A stretch of 64,000 nt of DNA. Origin: Fibrobacteria bacterium (GTDB taxonomy: Bacteria; Fibrobacterota; Fibrobacteria; UBA11236). Where the stretch lies: NCBI GenBank assembly GCA_043745805.1, contig JAYTSD010000004.1:94543-158542 (forward strand), written 5' to 3'. Below, piece by piece: positions 11,010-20,918 of this stretch. Within the stretch, counting starts at the first letter, position 1; each line of letters begins with the position of its first letter. The translations under genes were made by a program, and so were the position numbers. The notes beneath the pieces are model-generated. The model was given only the letters and a program-made list of their open reading frames with translations, did not search any database and was not told the origin of the DNA.

Positions 11010-11176
11010 TCCTTACTTCTAAGCTTAGTTAATACCTGCACTTAGAAGTGTAGATCCGCTGACCTACGTTAAATATGTAAGAGATTATTTCAAAGAACTC
11101 AAGAGTGCCCAAATGCGCTCTGATTTCGGTGCGCTAAGCCTATGTGATTTTGTGTCAGCTTTAGGTTAGCGATTGA
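11010..11176 (-). promoter_or_regulatory. CRISPR leader (between cas2 and the first repeat)
   Basis: Non-coding 167 bp between the cas2 stop and the leader-proximal repeat. The degenerate repeat lies at the opposite end of the array, as expected. Confidence 0.5.
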
Positions 11177-11467
11177 TTAAATGATCAAAGGACCATGAAG
11201 ATCTGCTGTAGGCTTTGAACCAAAATGTTCGACTCGACGTTCCCAATTACTTCCTAGATAATAAAATCGAAGACTATCTTCCTCCGCCTTATAAATCGCA
11301 AGAAGTTTACTTTTTAATAGTTCCCATTTTGCAGGTTCAACTTCGCATTCAAAAACCGAAAATTGTGCGCGTTGTCCATAATCTTCGCAACATTTCGCAA
11401 TACGACGTAACCTACGTTTACCACCTAAAGATTCGGTTTTAACGTCATAGGTTACCAGCACTAACAT
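11177..11467 (-). CDS. cas2: CRISPR-associated endoribonuclease Cas2
   Basis: 96 aa with MLVLVTYDV...FSVFECEV motifs. Confidence 0.9.
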   Translation of the reverse strand: MLVLVTYDVKTESLGGKRRLRRIAKCCEDYGQRAQFSVFECEVEPAKWELLKSKLLAIYKAEEDSLRFYYLGSNWERRVEHFGSKPTADLHGPLII

Positions 11468-11470
11468 TTA

Positions 11471-12499
11471 TTATCTCCAAATATAAGGTGGATAATAATC
11501 CATATCTCCGCGAATAGTTCGAGCTAGCAATAATGCCTGCACATGAAATAAAAGACCCATCTCCACTTTTTCATTTAAGAACGGATGAGTGATTTCTTCA
11601 CTTTTTCTTTTTTGATAAGCAATAAGAACTGCTTTTCGTGTACCGCTTTCCATTTCAACAGCACCATTTGGCGAAATAATAAAACCATTACTATCAACTT
11701 GTTTGAGGTTAACCAAGCTAAGTGCTAATCGATCTGCAAGACAAGCACGAAACTCTTCAATAATGTCTAAAGCTAAACTAGCGCGACCGGGTCTATCCGT
11801 ATGAAGAAATCCTGCCGATGGATCAAGTCCCACACCTTGTAAAGCAGATTCAATATCATTAGTAACAAGCGCATATATAAAAGACAGTAAACAATTTATT
11901 CTATCAAGAGGAGGTCTTCGGTTACGTCCTGAAAAATTAAATTCTGGTTTTTGATGAAGTATAAGGTGATTAAAAACACTAAAATATACGCTTGCGGATT
12001 CCCCTTCAATACCGCGAGCTATCTCAATATCCTGACAACTTTTAACTTTTTGCAGATAATGTCCAAGTCGAGTAATTGCGATTTGAATTTTTCCTTCATC
12101 TTCAAATTCGTGATTGCGTAAGGCACGCATTAACACGGCGCGAGAATTTCCAATCTTTGCAGCCAATAAAGCTTGAACATAGCGAATGCTCTGTTGCTTA
12201 TCATCGGCAATACGATATTGATGTTTGCGAAGCAAAATATTTCCACTTTGCGGCCCCACAACACGACCAAGAAACCTTCCTCTTTCAGTAAAGAAGGCTA
12301 ATCCAACATTATTTTCAGCACAAAATCCAATAGCGAAAGGAGAGATTAAAACATTTCCAAAACACACTACATTCCAAATACCGTGAATAGGAATTTGAAA
12401 AACTTTTTTACCATCGTGTTCAATAATTAAGGTCTCGCGTTGTTTATGCACATAACTGCCTTGGGTCGTTATGTATAAGGTATTGAGATGCTTTTTCAT
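11471..12499 (-). CDS. cas1: CRISPR-associated integrase Cas1
   Basis: 342 aa in Cas1 context, with a 4-nt overlap with cas4. Confidence 0.9.
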   Translation of the reverse strand: MKKHLNTLYITTQGSYVHKQRETLIIEHDGKKVFQIPIHGIWNVVCFGNVLISPFAIGFCAENNVGLAFFTERGRFLGRVVGPQSGNILLRKHQYRIADDKQQSIRYVQALLAAKIGNSRAVLMRALRNHEFEDEGKIQIAITRLGHYLQKVKSCQDIEIARGIEGESASVYFSVFNHLILHQKPEFNFSGRNRRPPLDRINCLLSFIYALVTNDIESALQGVGLDPSAGFLHTDRPGRASLALDIIEEFRACLADRLALSLVNLKQVDSNGFIISPNGAVEMESGTRKAVLIAYQKRKSEEITHPFLNEKVEMGLLFHVQALLLARTIRGDMDYYPPYIWR

Positions 12500-13158
12500 A
12501 AATCAAATAGGGACTGAAAATATTTTGATGAATGTGATATTGGATTCCAAGGCAGGCAAATATTTTGCAGCGAACATGCTTTACATTTTTCTCCAGGTTC
12601 AGCGGGTGGTGTTTTCCCTTCGCGAAATAAAACATGTAAGCGTTCAGCTGTTTCAAACGTTTTTTGACGCAATTCAGCATCAAGTAATACAATTTGTCTT
12701 CGCCGAGTTTGATGATAAAAAAGGTCTGCTTCTGTTAATGAAATATTAAACGCTTCTTCTAAACAAATTGCTTGAGCGCAGAGTTGTACATTGTCGTAAG
12801 GACCAGTTTTAACCTTTCCACGTTTATATTCTACAGGCCTTGGGAGCCAAAGACCCGTTAGTCCAAACTTTTCCAAACCGATTCCATGGATAGTATCTTT
12901 TGTGGTTCGACGAAATTCAACCACATCCGCTTTACCACTTACTTTTAGCTGCTGACTTTTGATAGGAAGAGATCGCGTAACATACAAGTCACTGCGTTTT
13001 TCATCCTTACCACTATCAACTTTTTCGTGCAAAATTTGACCTTGTATTGTGAACGTATTTTCCTCCCATGCGCGCTCCAAATGGATCAATGCGCATTGAC
13101 GCTCGCAGAACAAAATGTGCTGGAGCGCCGAAATGGGGAGGAAATCTTCTTCGTTCAT
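12496..13158 (-). CDS. cas4: CRISPR-associated exonuclease Cas4 (RecB-like nuclease with a C-terminal Cys cluster)
   Basis: 220 aa with a CERQCALIHLE N-terminal Cys and a C-terminal CKACSLQNIC Fe-S motif. Confidence 0.85.
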   Translation of the reverse strand: MNEEDFLPISALQHILFCERQCALIHLERAWEENTFTIQGQILHEKVDSGKDEKRSDLYVTRSLPIKSQQLKVSGKADVVEFRRTTKDTIHGIGLEKFGLTGLWLPRPVEYKRGKVKTGPYDNVQLCAQAICLEEAFNISLTEADLFYHQTRRRQIVLLDAELRQKTFETAERLHVLFREGKTPPAEPGEKCKACSLQNICLPWNPISHSSKYFQSLFDL

Positions 13159-13191
13159 TATGGCTATTGCTATTTTAAATAGCGATATTGA

Positions 13192-14133
13192 TCACGCCAT
13201 ACGAATTAATTTTACACCATTTCCCAAGTCTCTATTTGATCCTACATCTGGAAGTGGTTTACCATCAAATAGAACGTCATAATCATTAAATGATCTAGCT
13301 GGGCCAGTACTTCCTTCTCTGCGCTTGACTTCAGCACGTTCAAATAAAGTATGAGCGGGAGAATTACCAAGGGCAGAACTGTGTTCAAATACAAGGAGTG
13401 GTCGTGTGGACATAAGGCCTCTTGCAGCCGATCGATCATGCTCAAACATATTTTTTAGTGCTTCCCAAAAAACTGTAAGATCATCTTCAGTAAATTCTGT
13501 TTGTGCTGCGAGATGCGCCGAGATGAATCCATGTGAGCGATAAAGCCCATACGGAATTGTAAATTTACGACCCATAGTACGATTATCTCCACCTTGCTTT
13601 TCAGCATCAGCTTCAGTAGTTACCGCCATACGAGTGATGCTATGCTCTAACACTACAACTGGCTCGATTGAACGAGCAAAAGTCATTTGAATAGGTCCAC
13701 GAACTTGTCCAGCATTTGCACCTGTACTCATAACAGCACCGAATGTTCGAATATCAAAATATGTTTTGCACATACGTGATCGGCCCTTGCTTATTTCGCT
13801 TCCTTGAGCATCACCTTTACTATTACGTTTCTTCCCGTCTTTAATATCCTGAGGTTCTTTCTCAAGGTCTATTCCAAGATCAGCGTAGGCACCAGCTATT
13901 TTTTGATTTAATATAGCCTTCTCTTTTACGAAAATATCATACGTTGGTTTACCTTCATTTGTAAGTGAAACAAAATTCCGCACCTTGCGCTTGAGGCAAA
14001 CATCTGTTACTAGCCCCATTCCTGTTTCTGCATCTATACGAGGAAGATTACCGGCATCTGGATCGCCATTTGGATTTCCATCTTGCACATCGAATAATAA
14101 AATGAAATCGTAACGTTTGTTAATAGTGCTCAT
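13192..14133 (-). CDS. cas7: Cas7 (Csd2) type I-C backbone subunit
   Basis: [28 protein letters not shown] signature of Csd2. Confidence 0.9.
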   Translation of the reverse strand: MSTINKRYDFILLFDVQDGNPNGDPDAGNLPRIDAETGMGLVTDVCLKRKVRNFVSLTNEGKPTYDIFVKEKAILNQKIAGAYADLGIDLEKEPQDIKDGKKRNSKGDAQGSEISKGRSRMCKTYFDIRTFGAVMSTGANAGQVRGPIQMTFARSIEPVVVLEHSITRMAVTTEADAEKQGGDNRTMGRKFTIPYGLYRSHGFISAHLAAQTEFTEDDLTVFWEALKNMFEHDRSAARGLMSTRPLLVFEHSSALGNSPAHTLFERAEVKRREGSTGPARSFNDYDVLFDGKPLPDVGSNRDLGNGVKLIRMA

Positions 14134-14139
14134 GTTTAA

Positions 14140-15870
14140 TTATCCTTCTTTTGTTGGTTGTTCTGGTTTTTCAGATTTTGTGAAAAATGCTTGACGTTGA
14201 TGATAATAACCAATCGCAAAACGCGCTTGATCTTCCATAGATAGATGACTTGGCATATCTGGAAGCATTCCTCCAAAAATTTCCCCAAGGCGTTTTTCAT
14301 GTGCGCCTCGAAATGCATGATTTTCCAATTTCGCTAAATGATGATTCTTTAGTTTTAGTAGTTGCGGAAAAACACTTACTGGACTAGAACTTGCTGCTCC
14401 ATAAAAGCGGTCACGAATAGTAGCATTAATTCCTGGTTGAGCATCTTCTTGAATTTTTTCGAGCGCAGCAAAAAGTCTTCCTAGCCTATACCCGGGGTTA
14501 GTATTAGTGGAATCAAGTGCCATAGTTATCTCCTGCTGTATTGAATTGAGTTGTATGTTTCGTTTTCGATTAAGGCAACCTTTCAAAAGAGATGCCTGTG
14601 TACGTTTCACTTCACGGTTGGCCCTGATTCGGCGAACAACTTGTTGTAAAAGTGTTGTAGGAAATGGTCCACCTGTTAGGATAGAGCGCATGACGTTTCC
14701 CGCCAGATTTGGAGGAATGTTTTCAATTTTATTTTGAAGCGCTATATCAGAAAGCAAGAAGAAGAGAGCGTAACTTCCTTTGTCTCCATTGGGCTTCACA
14801 ATTTCTAAGTCTTTAAAATATTTTTGAAGATTTTCAGAGAAATCAGCTACTGTACCAGTATGCCAAAACCGTACAGATACTCTAGCCGCATTGGGCGAAA
14901 GTCCTAAAACAAAAAAACGTGCGTCTTCATTTGGAAGACTAGATCCTGTATAGGGACTTTTCAAAAGCGTTTCAACTGCTTTTATATCTCTATCGGGATC
15001 ATCTTTACTCACACTCCAGTAAGAAAAAAAATCTTCCTCTAGCGATGTTTTTTTGTCGGACCAAAATACTGTAGTAGCATCGCCAACCTGAACTTTGTTT
15101 TTCGAATCGCGACTGAGTAGCATATTTAGAGCTGTCGTATAGGCAAAAGTTGCAAAGTTACTGATCGGAGCGTTCTTATTTTGTTCTTTTCCATAGGAAC
15201 GGAAAGCCGATAAATTAAAGGAACTTATTGCTCCTCCTGCTGGTTGCGCATCTCGAACACCTTTGATCGCTGGATGGAGTTGCGATATAGGCGATTTCTT
15301 TCCCAATATTAGGCAAATGCCTTCGCTCGATGAATTAATCGAAACGATACTAGAAGCGAGGGTTTCGCAAATTGAAGTTGATTCTGATCCGTCAATTCTA
15401 AATACAACATTAGAATTGGCATTAACCTCGCACATCTCTTTCCAGATGTTAGCATCTTTGGAACTGGCTTCGATTTGTAAGATAGGATTAGAATCGAGAA
15501 ATCGAATAAGGGCATCGCGATCAGGATGATCAATAAGATTGGTAATCAAACGATTTCGAAAAGCTAAATGTCGAGATGCAGCATCATCTCTTCCGCGGGG
15601 GTTGGCTCCAAGCGCATATTCAATATTATCCCATAAGAGATTAGCTTTTATACCTGATGCTCTTTTTTCTCCGGCTGGAACTAAGAAAGAACGAGTTCGC
15701 CTTTTTTTTCCTTCCCCTTCTCTAGTATCTTCTAATGCTATAAATTTTCCGTCACGATTTATTACTACTACAAATGAGATATCTTTCCATTCAAAACCTT
15801 CGGGTGCGATTCCGCTTTCTGGATCTAATGCCTTTCTTTGATAATAATCATAAAGAGCTTGCAGAATCAT
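14140..15870 (-). CDS. cas8c: Cas8c (Csd1) type I-C large subunit
   Basis: MILQALYDYYQR N-terminus typical of Csd1. 576 aa. Confidence 0.9.
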   Translation of the reverse strand: MILQALYDYYQRKALDPESGIAPEGFEWKDISFVVVINRDGKFIALEDTREGEGKKRRTRSFLVPAGEKRASGIKANLLWDNIEYALGANPRGRDDAASRHLAFRNRLITNLIDHPDRDALIRFLDSNPILQIEASSKDANIWKEMCEVNANSNVVFRIDGSESTSICETLASSIVSINSSSEGICLILGKKSPISQLHPAIKGVRDAQPAGGAISSFNLSAFRSYGKEQNKNAPISNFATFAYTTALNMLLSRDSKNKVQVGDATTVFWSDKKTSLEEDFFSYWSVSKDDPDRDIKAVETLLKSPYTGSSLPNEDARFFVLGLSPNAARVSVRFWHTGTVADFSENLQKYFKDLEIVKPNGDKGSYALFFLLSDIALQNKIENIPPNLAGNVMRSILTGGPFPTTLLQQVVRRIRANREVKRTQASLLKGCLNRKRNIQLNSIQQEITMALDSTNTNPGYRLGRLFAALEKIQEDAQPGINATIRDRFYGAASSSPVSVFPQLLKLKNHHLAKLENHAFRGAHEKRLGEIFGGMLPDMPSHLSMEDQARFAIGYYHQRQAFFTKSEKPEQPTKEG

Positions 15871-16592
15871 TTGCGCACCTCATCGCTGTCCCACGACGGT
15901 AGATTGATTATTCCATTTTTTATGGTTGGTCGAAAAAAAGTAGGTTTGGGATCGGTTGCATCTGAAAAATCCATATCATATAACATGAATCCTAAGTCGC
16001 GTGATTCTGCTATTGGTGGATTCTTAGCTTGCTCTTCAGCTAGATTAGCTTCGCTTAATAAACGGAAAGCACAACTAAATTCACGACAACCTAAATAAGG
16101 TTGATTAAAACATTGTCCTTTAGTGGCTCTGCGCTCAAACATTGCATTGTATTTACCTGGATTCTCATCTTTAGCCCAATCAATACGCTCTTCAACCTCC
16201 ACCAATTCTTCTGAAACTGGGTTCATTATTTTAGGACGCTTCGGTGGTGGTATAAATTCCATTTCAGCATAGAGACGGTAAGCGATATCTCGAAGAAAAA
16301 GCCCTGCACGTTGTTGCCGTTCATCTTCAATTAGAATACCATCACTTCCTGAAGAAGCTATTTTACCGATTTCGTTACGACGCACAGATATCCATCGAAT
16401 TGGATTTAATACTTCAATTTTATTAATTCTCCATACTATTGCGGGCTTCCAAAATATAGCTTCGAAAATAGCACGCGCTGCCGATGGAGTAATAACATCA
16501 TAACTGACGCGCTCTACTTTCATTTCTGGGCGCGTGAAGCAAGCATAGTCGCCTCGAACTTCTAAACAAAATGATCTATTTTTGTAAATCAA
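15867..16592 (-). CDS. cas5: Cas5d (type I-C Cas5 with pre-crRNA processing role)
   Basis: LEVRGDYACFTRPEMKVERVSYDVITPSAARAIFEAIFWKP signature. ATGA overlap with cas8c. Confidence 0.9.
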   Translation of the reverse strand: MIYKNRSFCLEVRGDYACFTRPEMKVERVSYDVITPSAARAIFEAIFWKPAIVWRINKIEVLNPIRWISVRRNEIGKIASSGSDGILIEDERQQRAGLFLRDIAYRLYAEMEFIPPPKRPKIMNPVSEELVEVEERIDWAKDENPGKYNAMFERRATKGQCFNQPYLGCREFSCAFRLLSEANLAEEQAKNPPIAESRDLGFMLYDMDFSDATDPKPTFFRPTIKNGIINLPSWDSDEVRK

Positions 16593-16613
16593 AACAAGGA
16601 CCGTCCTTTCTTT

Positions 16614-18899
16614 TCAATAAATAAATTCCGTACCATCATACACTGGCCCATCAATGCGTAAGCCAAAAGTGTAGTCGTACAAGCCGGAAACACATTGTGC
16701 CCATAATCCAAGAGCACCTTCTGGGCCTATCACTTCCATGATGACCCCTTGATCTCGAAGTTTTTGCCAAACAATTTGAGGCACATTAACTGTGAATCGC
16801 TGAAGACGCCGCATCCGCTCCCGAGTCGGACCATATTTTGTGACTTCTTCTATAATTTCCTGACTAGTAAATTTACTAGTCGCATGCCACACCACAATTC
16901 CACGATACCCTTGCTCATCTATAAGCTGATACCACAAGGCAGCAGACCGAAATTGAAACTGACATCGTCCTGCATCCACTATCAAATGCTGTTTGAATAT
17001 ATCTTTACCAAAATCGTTAACACGTCCATAAAAAAAATGGAAATAGCGTTGAAAAGCTTCCGGTGCTAAACGATGAGCCAGTTCTGGTGCAGTGCGCATC
17101 ACTTCTGCGCCAGCATCTTCCCCTTTACGCAAAAGACCTTGCGGGGATGGCTTTGGTGGATGAAAGATTACTACGTCACCCAGTTTCCCATCCAAATTTA
17201 ATCGACCTTCTCGATTGCATCGTCCAGCAGCTTGAGCGATACTATCAAGTCCGGCCATTGCCCGATAGACAACAGGAAAGTCAATATCCACTCCCGCTTC
17301 GACAAGTTGGGTACTTATGACTCGTAAAGGATTTCCTTTTTGCAAATCGTCTTTAATCTGAGCCACCACCTGTGAGCGATGAACTCCACACATAAGTGCG
17401 GATAAATGCACTGGTGTTTCTCCAGTATGTTTCTGGACAGCTTCCCAAAGGTCACGGCAATCTTGCCGTCGATTAACAATGCACAATACTTGTGAGTGCT
17501 TCGCAAGGGATTGTGACAAAGTCGCCCAATCCACTCGTTCATCACTGTATACACGAAGGGCTACTCGCCTAAGAGTGTGCGCCAAATTAATAGGATCGCG
17601 AATGATTTCACGTACATTATTTATACCATTAAATTTAACTTTGCCGGATCCAATATCCCCAATCAAAGCAGGCTGAGTAGCTGTACACAATACAACCGTG
17701 CATCCAAAATGAGCCACGAGACCTTTTAAGACCGAAAGAGTAGGAGCTAGTTTTTCCGGAGGTAACATCTGCGCTTCGTCAAGGATAATGACTGAATTTG
17801 CAAGATTATGAAGCTTTCTACATCGACTAGTTCGTGCTGCAAATAATGACTCAAATAATTGCACATTAGTAGTAACTACAATAGGTACATCCCAATTCTC
17901 AGATGAAAGTCGTCCTTTTGGTGTCTCTCGATCTAAATCGAGATTACTATGATGCTCCAGAACATTTACTGATCCAAAAATCTTTATGAGCTCTTGTGCG
18001 GTCTGCTCAATTATACTTGTAAATGGAATTGCTACTACTATACGACGCTTATTATGCTTCAGAGAATGTTCTAATGCAAAGGCCACAGAAGAAAGAGTTT
18101 TCCCACCACCTGTTGGCACTGTTAGAGAAAAGAATCCTGATTCCAGCTTTCCTGCCCCTATACAATCTTCTAATACTTGTCTGCGAATTTTGTTTACAGG
18201 AAGATCAAAGAGTTTTTTTTCTTGAAGTTCAATATTCCTTTCTGCATTCCTAATATTAAAAACATCTAAAAGCGCCTTTAGGTTAGTGGTAGAACCACGC
18301 AAAGCCGATTTTTTCGGATCCATAAAGGCTTCTGTGTCTAAAAAATCGGCATCAACTAATGAGGAAAAAAGCATTCTAATCCATAAATGTGCATGCTCAG
18401 GATCAGGAGGTGGCCTGGATTTGGGCATTGCTGCATTTAAAATTTCTTCGGGTATCGGAGCTTTTTTTGTTTCTTCTAAATGCTGTTTATCATTTAATCT
18501 CTCTTCAAGCCCTCGACCTTCTGCCTCCGCTTTTAACCAATCAGGGAGACCCGCATGATGCCCTGCAATTAAATACGCCAAGATTTTCCCTACTCCCCCG
18601 TGACGTGATACAGCATGAATGGCACCCGCTGTACTATGATCAACCTTGCCTGGTGTATTTTCCAAATGAGCGTCTGGATTATAGCCGCTAGCAGAACGAA
18701 TATAGGTTTGAAAATCAGATTTATACTTTCCTAAGTCATGCCAAATTCCAGCTAAGAACGCCCATTCAGCAGAATCAAATGTTGATGCAAAGTTTTCTGC
18801 TAATGTTGCTACTGCTTGAAGATGTTCTTCCAAAGAATGCTGGATCCAATTCCCATTCTCATCTTTCCGAACATGAGCTAAATAATTTGACATACCCAA
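16614..18899 (-). CDS. cas3: Cas3 HD-nuclease/helicase
   Basis: N-terminal HD motifs (HSLEEHL, WHDLGKY), Walker A VPTGGGKT and a DEAQ box. 761 aa. Confidence 0.9.
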   Translation of the reverse strand: MGMSNYLAHVRKDENGNWIQHSLEEHLQAVATLAENFASTFDSAEWAFLAGIWHDLGKYKSDFQTYIRSASGYNPDAHLENTPGKVDHSTAGAIHAVSRHGGVGKILAYLIAGHHAGLPDWLKAEAEGRGLEERLNDKQHLEETKKAPIPEEILNAAMPKSRPPPDPEHAHLWIRMLFSSLVDADFLDTEAFMDPKKSALRGSTTNLKALLDVFNIRNAERNIELQEKKLFDLPVNKIRRQVLEDCIGAGKLESGFFSLTVPTGGGKTLSSVAFALEHSLKHNKRRIVVAIPFTSIIEQTAQELIKIFGSVNVLEHHSNLDLDRETPKGRLSSENWDVPIVVTTNVQLFESLFAARTSRCRKLHNLANSVIILDEAQMLPPEKLAPTLSVLKGLVAHFGCTVVLCTATQPALIGDIGSGKVKFNGINNVREIIRDPINLAHTLRRVALRVYSDERVDWATLSQSLAKHSQVLCIVNRRQDCRDLWEAVQKHTGETPVHLSALMCGVHRSQVVAQIKDDLQKGNPLRVISTQLVEAGVDIDFPVVYRAMAGLDSIAQAAGRCNREGRLNLDGKLGDVVIFHPPKPSPQGLLRKGEDAGAEVMRTAPELAHRLAPEAFQRYFHFFYGRVNDFGKDIFKQHLIVDAGRCQFQFRSAALWYQLIDEQGYRGIVVWHATSKFTSQEIIEEVTKYGPTRERMRRLQRFTVNVPQIVWQKLRDQGVIMEVIGPEGALGLWAQCVSGLYDYTFGLRIDGPVYDGTEFIY

Positions 18900-18944
18900 A
18901 ACCTAACTCCCCACACTCTCAAAACCTGATAGTGAAACAAAAAA

Positions 18945-19913
18945 TCAAACATATTTTTTCGCCGCCGCCTTCAACGTTCCCAACACTTTCGCTCGCAAAA
19001 AAAGCGGATCTACTACTTCCACCTCATCCCCATACCGCAGAATATCCATTAACAATTCCCTTTCATCCCCAAAAGGAAGTTTCAAACGATAACTTCCATC
19101 AGCCAACCACTCTCCAATTTGCTTTGGATGCCATTGCTCTTGCGATACAAATCTCGCTGCTGTTTTATGAAAAATTAATTCTGCTATATGCTTGGCCTTA
19201 CCTGCAAAAATTCCGTACGACTCGGTAAAGTGATCCTGCAAAATATTTTTATCCTCAGAGCGAGCTTTGCTTTTTAAAACTTCTACTCCAGTAATTCGAT
19301 TTAAAGCAAATGATCGAAGACCCTGCCGAAAATGACACCATGCGTCCAAATACCAATTGTCGCGATAACGAACTAAACTTTGTGGACATACCGTGCGCAG
19401 GGTAGCGGTTCCATCGCTACCTCTTATATAATTCAACTTTAATTGCTTACGAAGGAGTACACCTTCGGCGATAGATTTAAAAATACCCTCGCCAATCTTT
19501 CTTGTGCCCATAGGCAAAAGACGTATGCGATTTTCCCAATTGGAAAGTGGAATTTCATTTTCATTTAATAGCTTGGTAAGTTTTTCACGCAAAGGAGCAA
19601 ATTGTTCTTGCAGTATATCGGCGTGCATTTCGCGTAAAATATTTTCTAAGGAAATTAAGGCGGCTAATTCCTCGCCACTAAACCATAAACCAGGTAACTC
19701 ATAAGTTTCCGCATCTGCAAGATCATAACGATACCCCTTATATTTCCTATCGCACAGAATGGGCGCGGCCAGCTTGTCGCGCATGAATTTAACTACACGA
19801 TAAAAAGTAGCCGAAGAGCAATGCAATTCTTTTTGTATTCGCATTGCGGGCGTAGCATATCGATGTTGCATTAAATAGCGATGCAAAGCATAAACCATTT
19901 CAAATCGTACCAT
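18945..19913 (-). CDS. WYL-domain transcriptional regulator (N-terminal HTH, central WYL domain), 45 bp upstream of cas3
   Basis: HTH-like N-terminus (SSATFYRVVKFMRDKL). A literal DNWYLDAW motif within a WYL-like domain. Same strand as the cas operon. Confidence 0.7.
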   Translation of the reverse strand: MVRFEMVYALHRYLMQHRYATPAMRIQKELHCSSATFYRVVKFMRDKLAAPILCDRKYKGYRYDLADAETYELPGLWFSGEELAALISLENILREMHADILQEQFAPLREKLTKLLNENEIPLSNWENRIRLLPMGTRKIGEGIFKSIAEGVLLRKQLKLNYIRGSDGTATLRTVCPQSLVRYRDNWYLDAWCHFRQGLRSFALNRITGVEVLKSKARSEDKNILQDHFTESYGIFAGKAKHIAELIFHKTAARFVSQEQWHPKQIGEWLADGSYRLKLPFGDERELLMDILRYGDEVEVVDPLFLRAKVLGTLKAAAKKYV

Positions 19914-19966
19914 GAACCGGCCCTCATCTAAGGAATATGAATGCTAGTAACTAATTGAAATATCAA

Positions 19967-20029
19967 CTTCATACATTTTGATTACAAATGAATTATTTGC
20001 TTGCGTGTTACTCGGCACTTCGACAGGCT
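19967..20029. repeat. 63-bp direct repeat, copy A (1 mismatch to copy B), upstream of the WYL-cas operon
   Basis: CTTCATACATTTTGATTACAAAT[G/A]AATTATTTGCTTGCGTGTTACTCGGCACTTCGACAGGCT is present at 19967-20029 and 24598-24660. Confidence 0.85.
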
Positions 20030-20039
20030 TGCATGTCCC

Positions 20040-20918
20040 TTATTCGGCTTCTTCGTAGTAGTAGGAATAGTCAATTCCCTTCATGAACATTTCCCGGTCA
20101 TGAATTTTATCGGTTAATGACTTGGTGATCAATTTTTTCAGCATGGAGTTATCCGTCACACTGAGTCTCACGGCTTCCAGATATTTATTTTTATTGATCT
20201 TGCTCCAGTCAACACAGCGGGCATGTTTTTTCTTTAGCATCAAATCCAGCCAGATCCTTGCCGTTCTGCCATTGCCTTCCATGAAAGGGTGGGCAATATT
20301 CATTTCGGTATATTTGTTGATGACATTTTCAATCGAATCTTCCAGCATTTTTTCTATTGCAACTAGCGTAGTTGGCAGAAACCCGGCTGCGGCAAATTGA
20401 AAACCACCTTTGCTGATATTTTTTGTGCGAATTAAACCTGCAAAATCATACAAGCCGCCAAAAAGATAGGCGTGTATTTGCTGCAAACCCTTAACTGTAC
20501 CCACTTCAATACTGTCGATAAAAGAACTTTCAAAAAGAGCATAGGCTTTTGATTTGCTCTTGCCGTCGATCGTTTCTTCGCTGTATAAAAACCACTCAAT
20601 AAAGCGATTTGACTTAGTGTTGGGAAGGTTTTTTGCGAGCGTTATTACACCATCGGAATCAATCACATCGGAAAGCCGTTTTTTTCCATCAGGTGCCAAC
20701 AATTTCAACTGGTTAGTGCCACTACCCAGTTGAAGGTTTTCTTTTTTCAGCTTTGCTTTTAAATATTTCCAGTAATTACGGTTTTTTTCGTAATTTTCCT
20801 GGTCATTTAATACACCCACAATGTCCAGTACGGAAAACCACCAACGAGACCCTGTATCGTTCCACACCGCGCGGACTTCTCGGTCATTAAAAAACCGGAT
20901 GGAAATTTTCTCTTTCAT
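20040..20918 (-). CDS. Fic/Doc-family protein (AMPylation/phosphocholination-type toxin fold) with a Bro-N/DinD-like N-terminal domain
   Basis: Perfect Fic motif HPFMEGNGRTAR. N-terminus RFFNDREVRAVWNDTGSRWWFSVLDIVGVL resembles the Bro-N fold. Confidence 0.8.
   Translation of the reverse strand: MKEKISIRFFNDREVRAVWNDTGSRWWFSVLDIVGVLNDQENYEKNRNYWKYLKAKLKKENLQLGSGTNQLKLLAPDGKKRLSDVIDSDGVITLAKNLPNTKSNRFIEWFLYSEETIDGKSKSKAYALFESSFIDSIEVGTVKGLQQIHAYLFGGLYDFAGLIRTKNISKGGFQFAAAGFLPTTLVAIEKMLEDSIENVINKYTEMNIAHPFMEGNGRTARIWLDLMLKKKHARCVDWSKINKNKYLEAVRLSVTDNSMLKKLITKSLTDKIHDREMFMKGIDYSYYYEEAE

Noticed and set aside
10572-11045. ORFs in the track spanning the CRISPR array (157-aa + strand; 93-aa, 62-aa and 98-aa overlapping) with a reiterated FNPRAREERD/ALFTSAWIET peptide
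   Set aside because: The periodic peptide repeats are just translations of the 32-bp CRISPR repeat. They are not protein-coding.
16749-18691. Multiple 60-106-aa plus-strand ORFs inside cas3
   Set aside because: Antisense to a strongly supported cas3 CDS, with no motifs.
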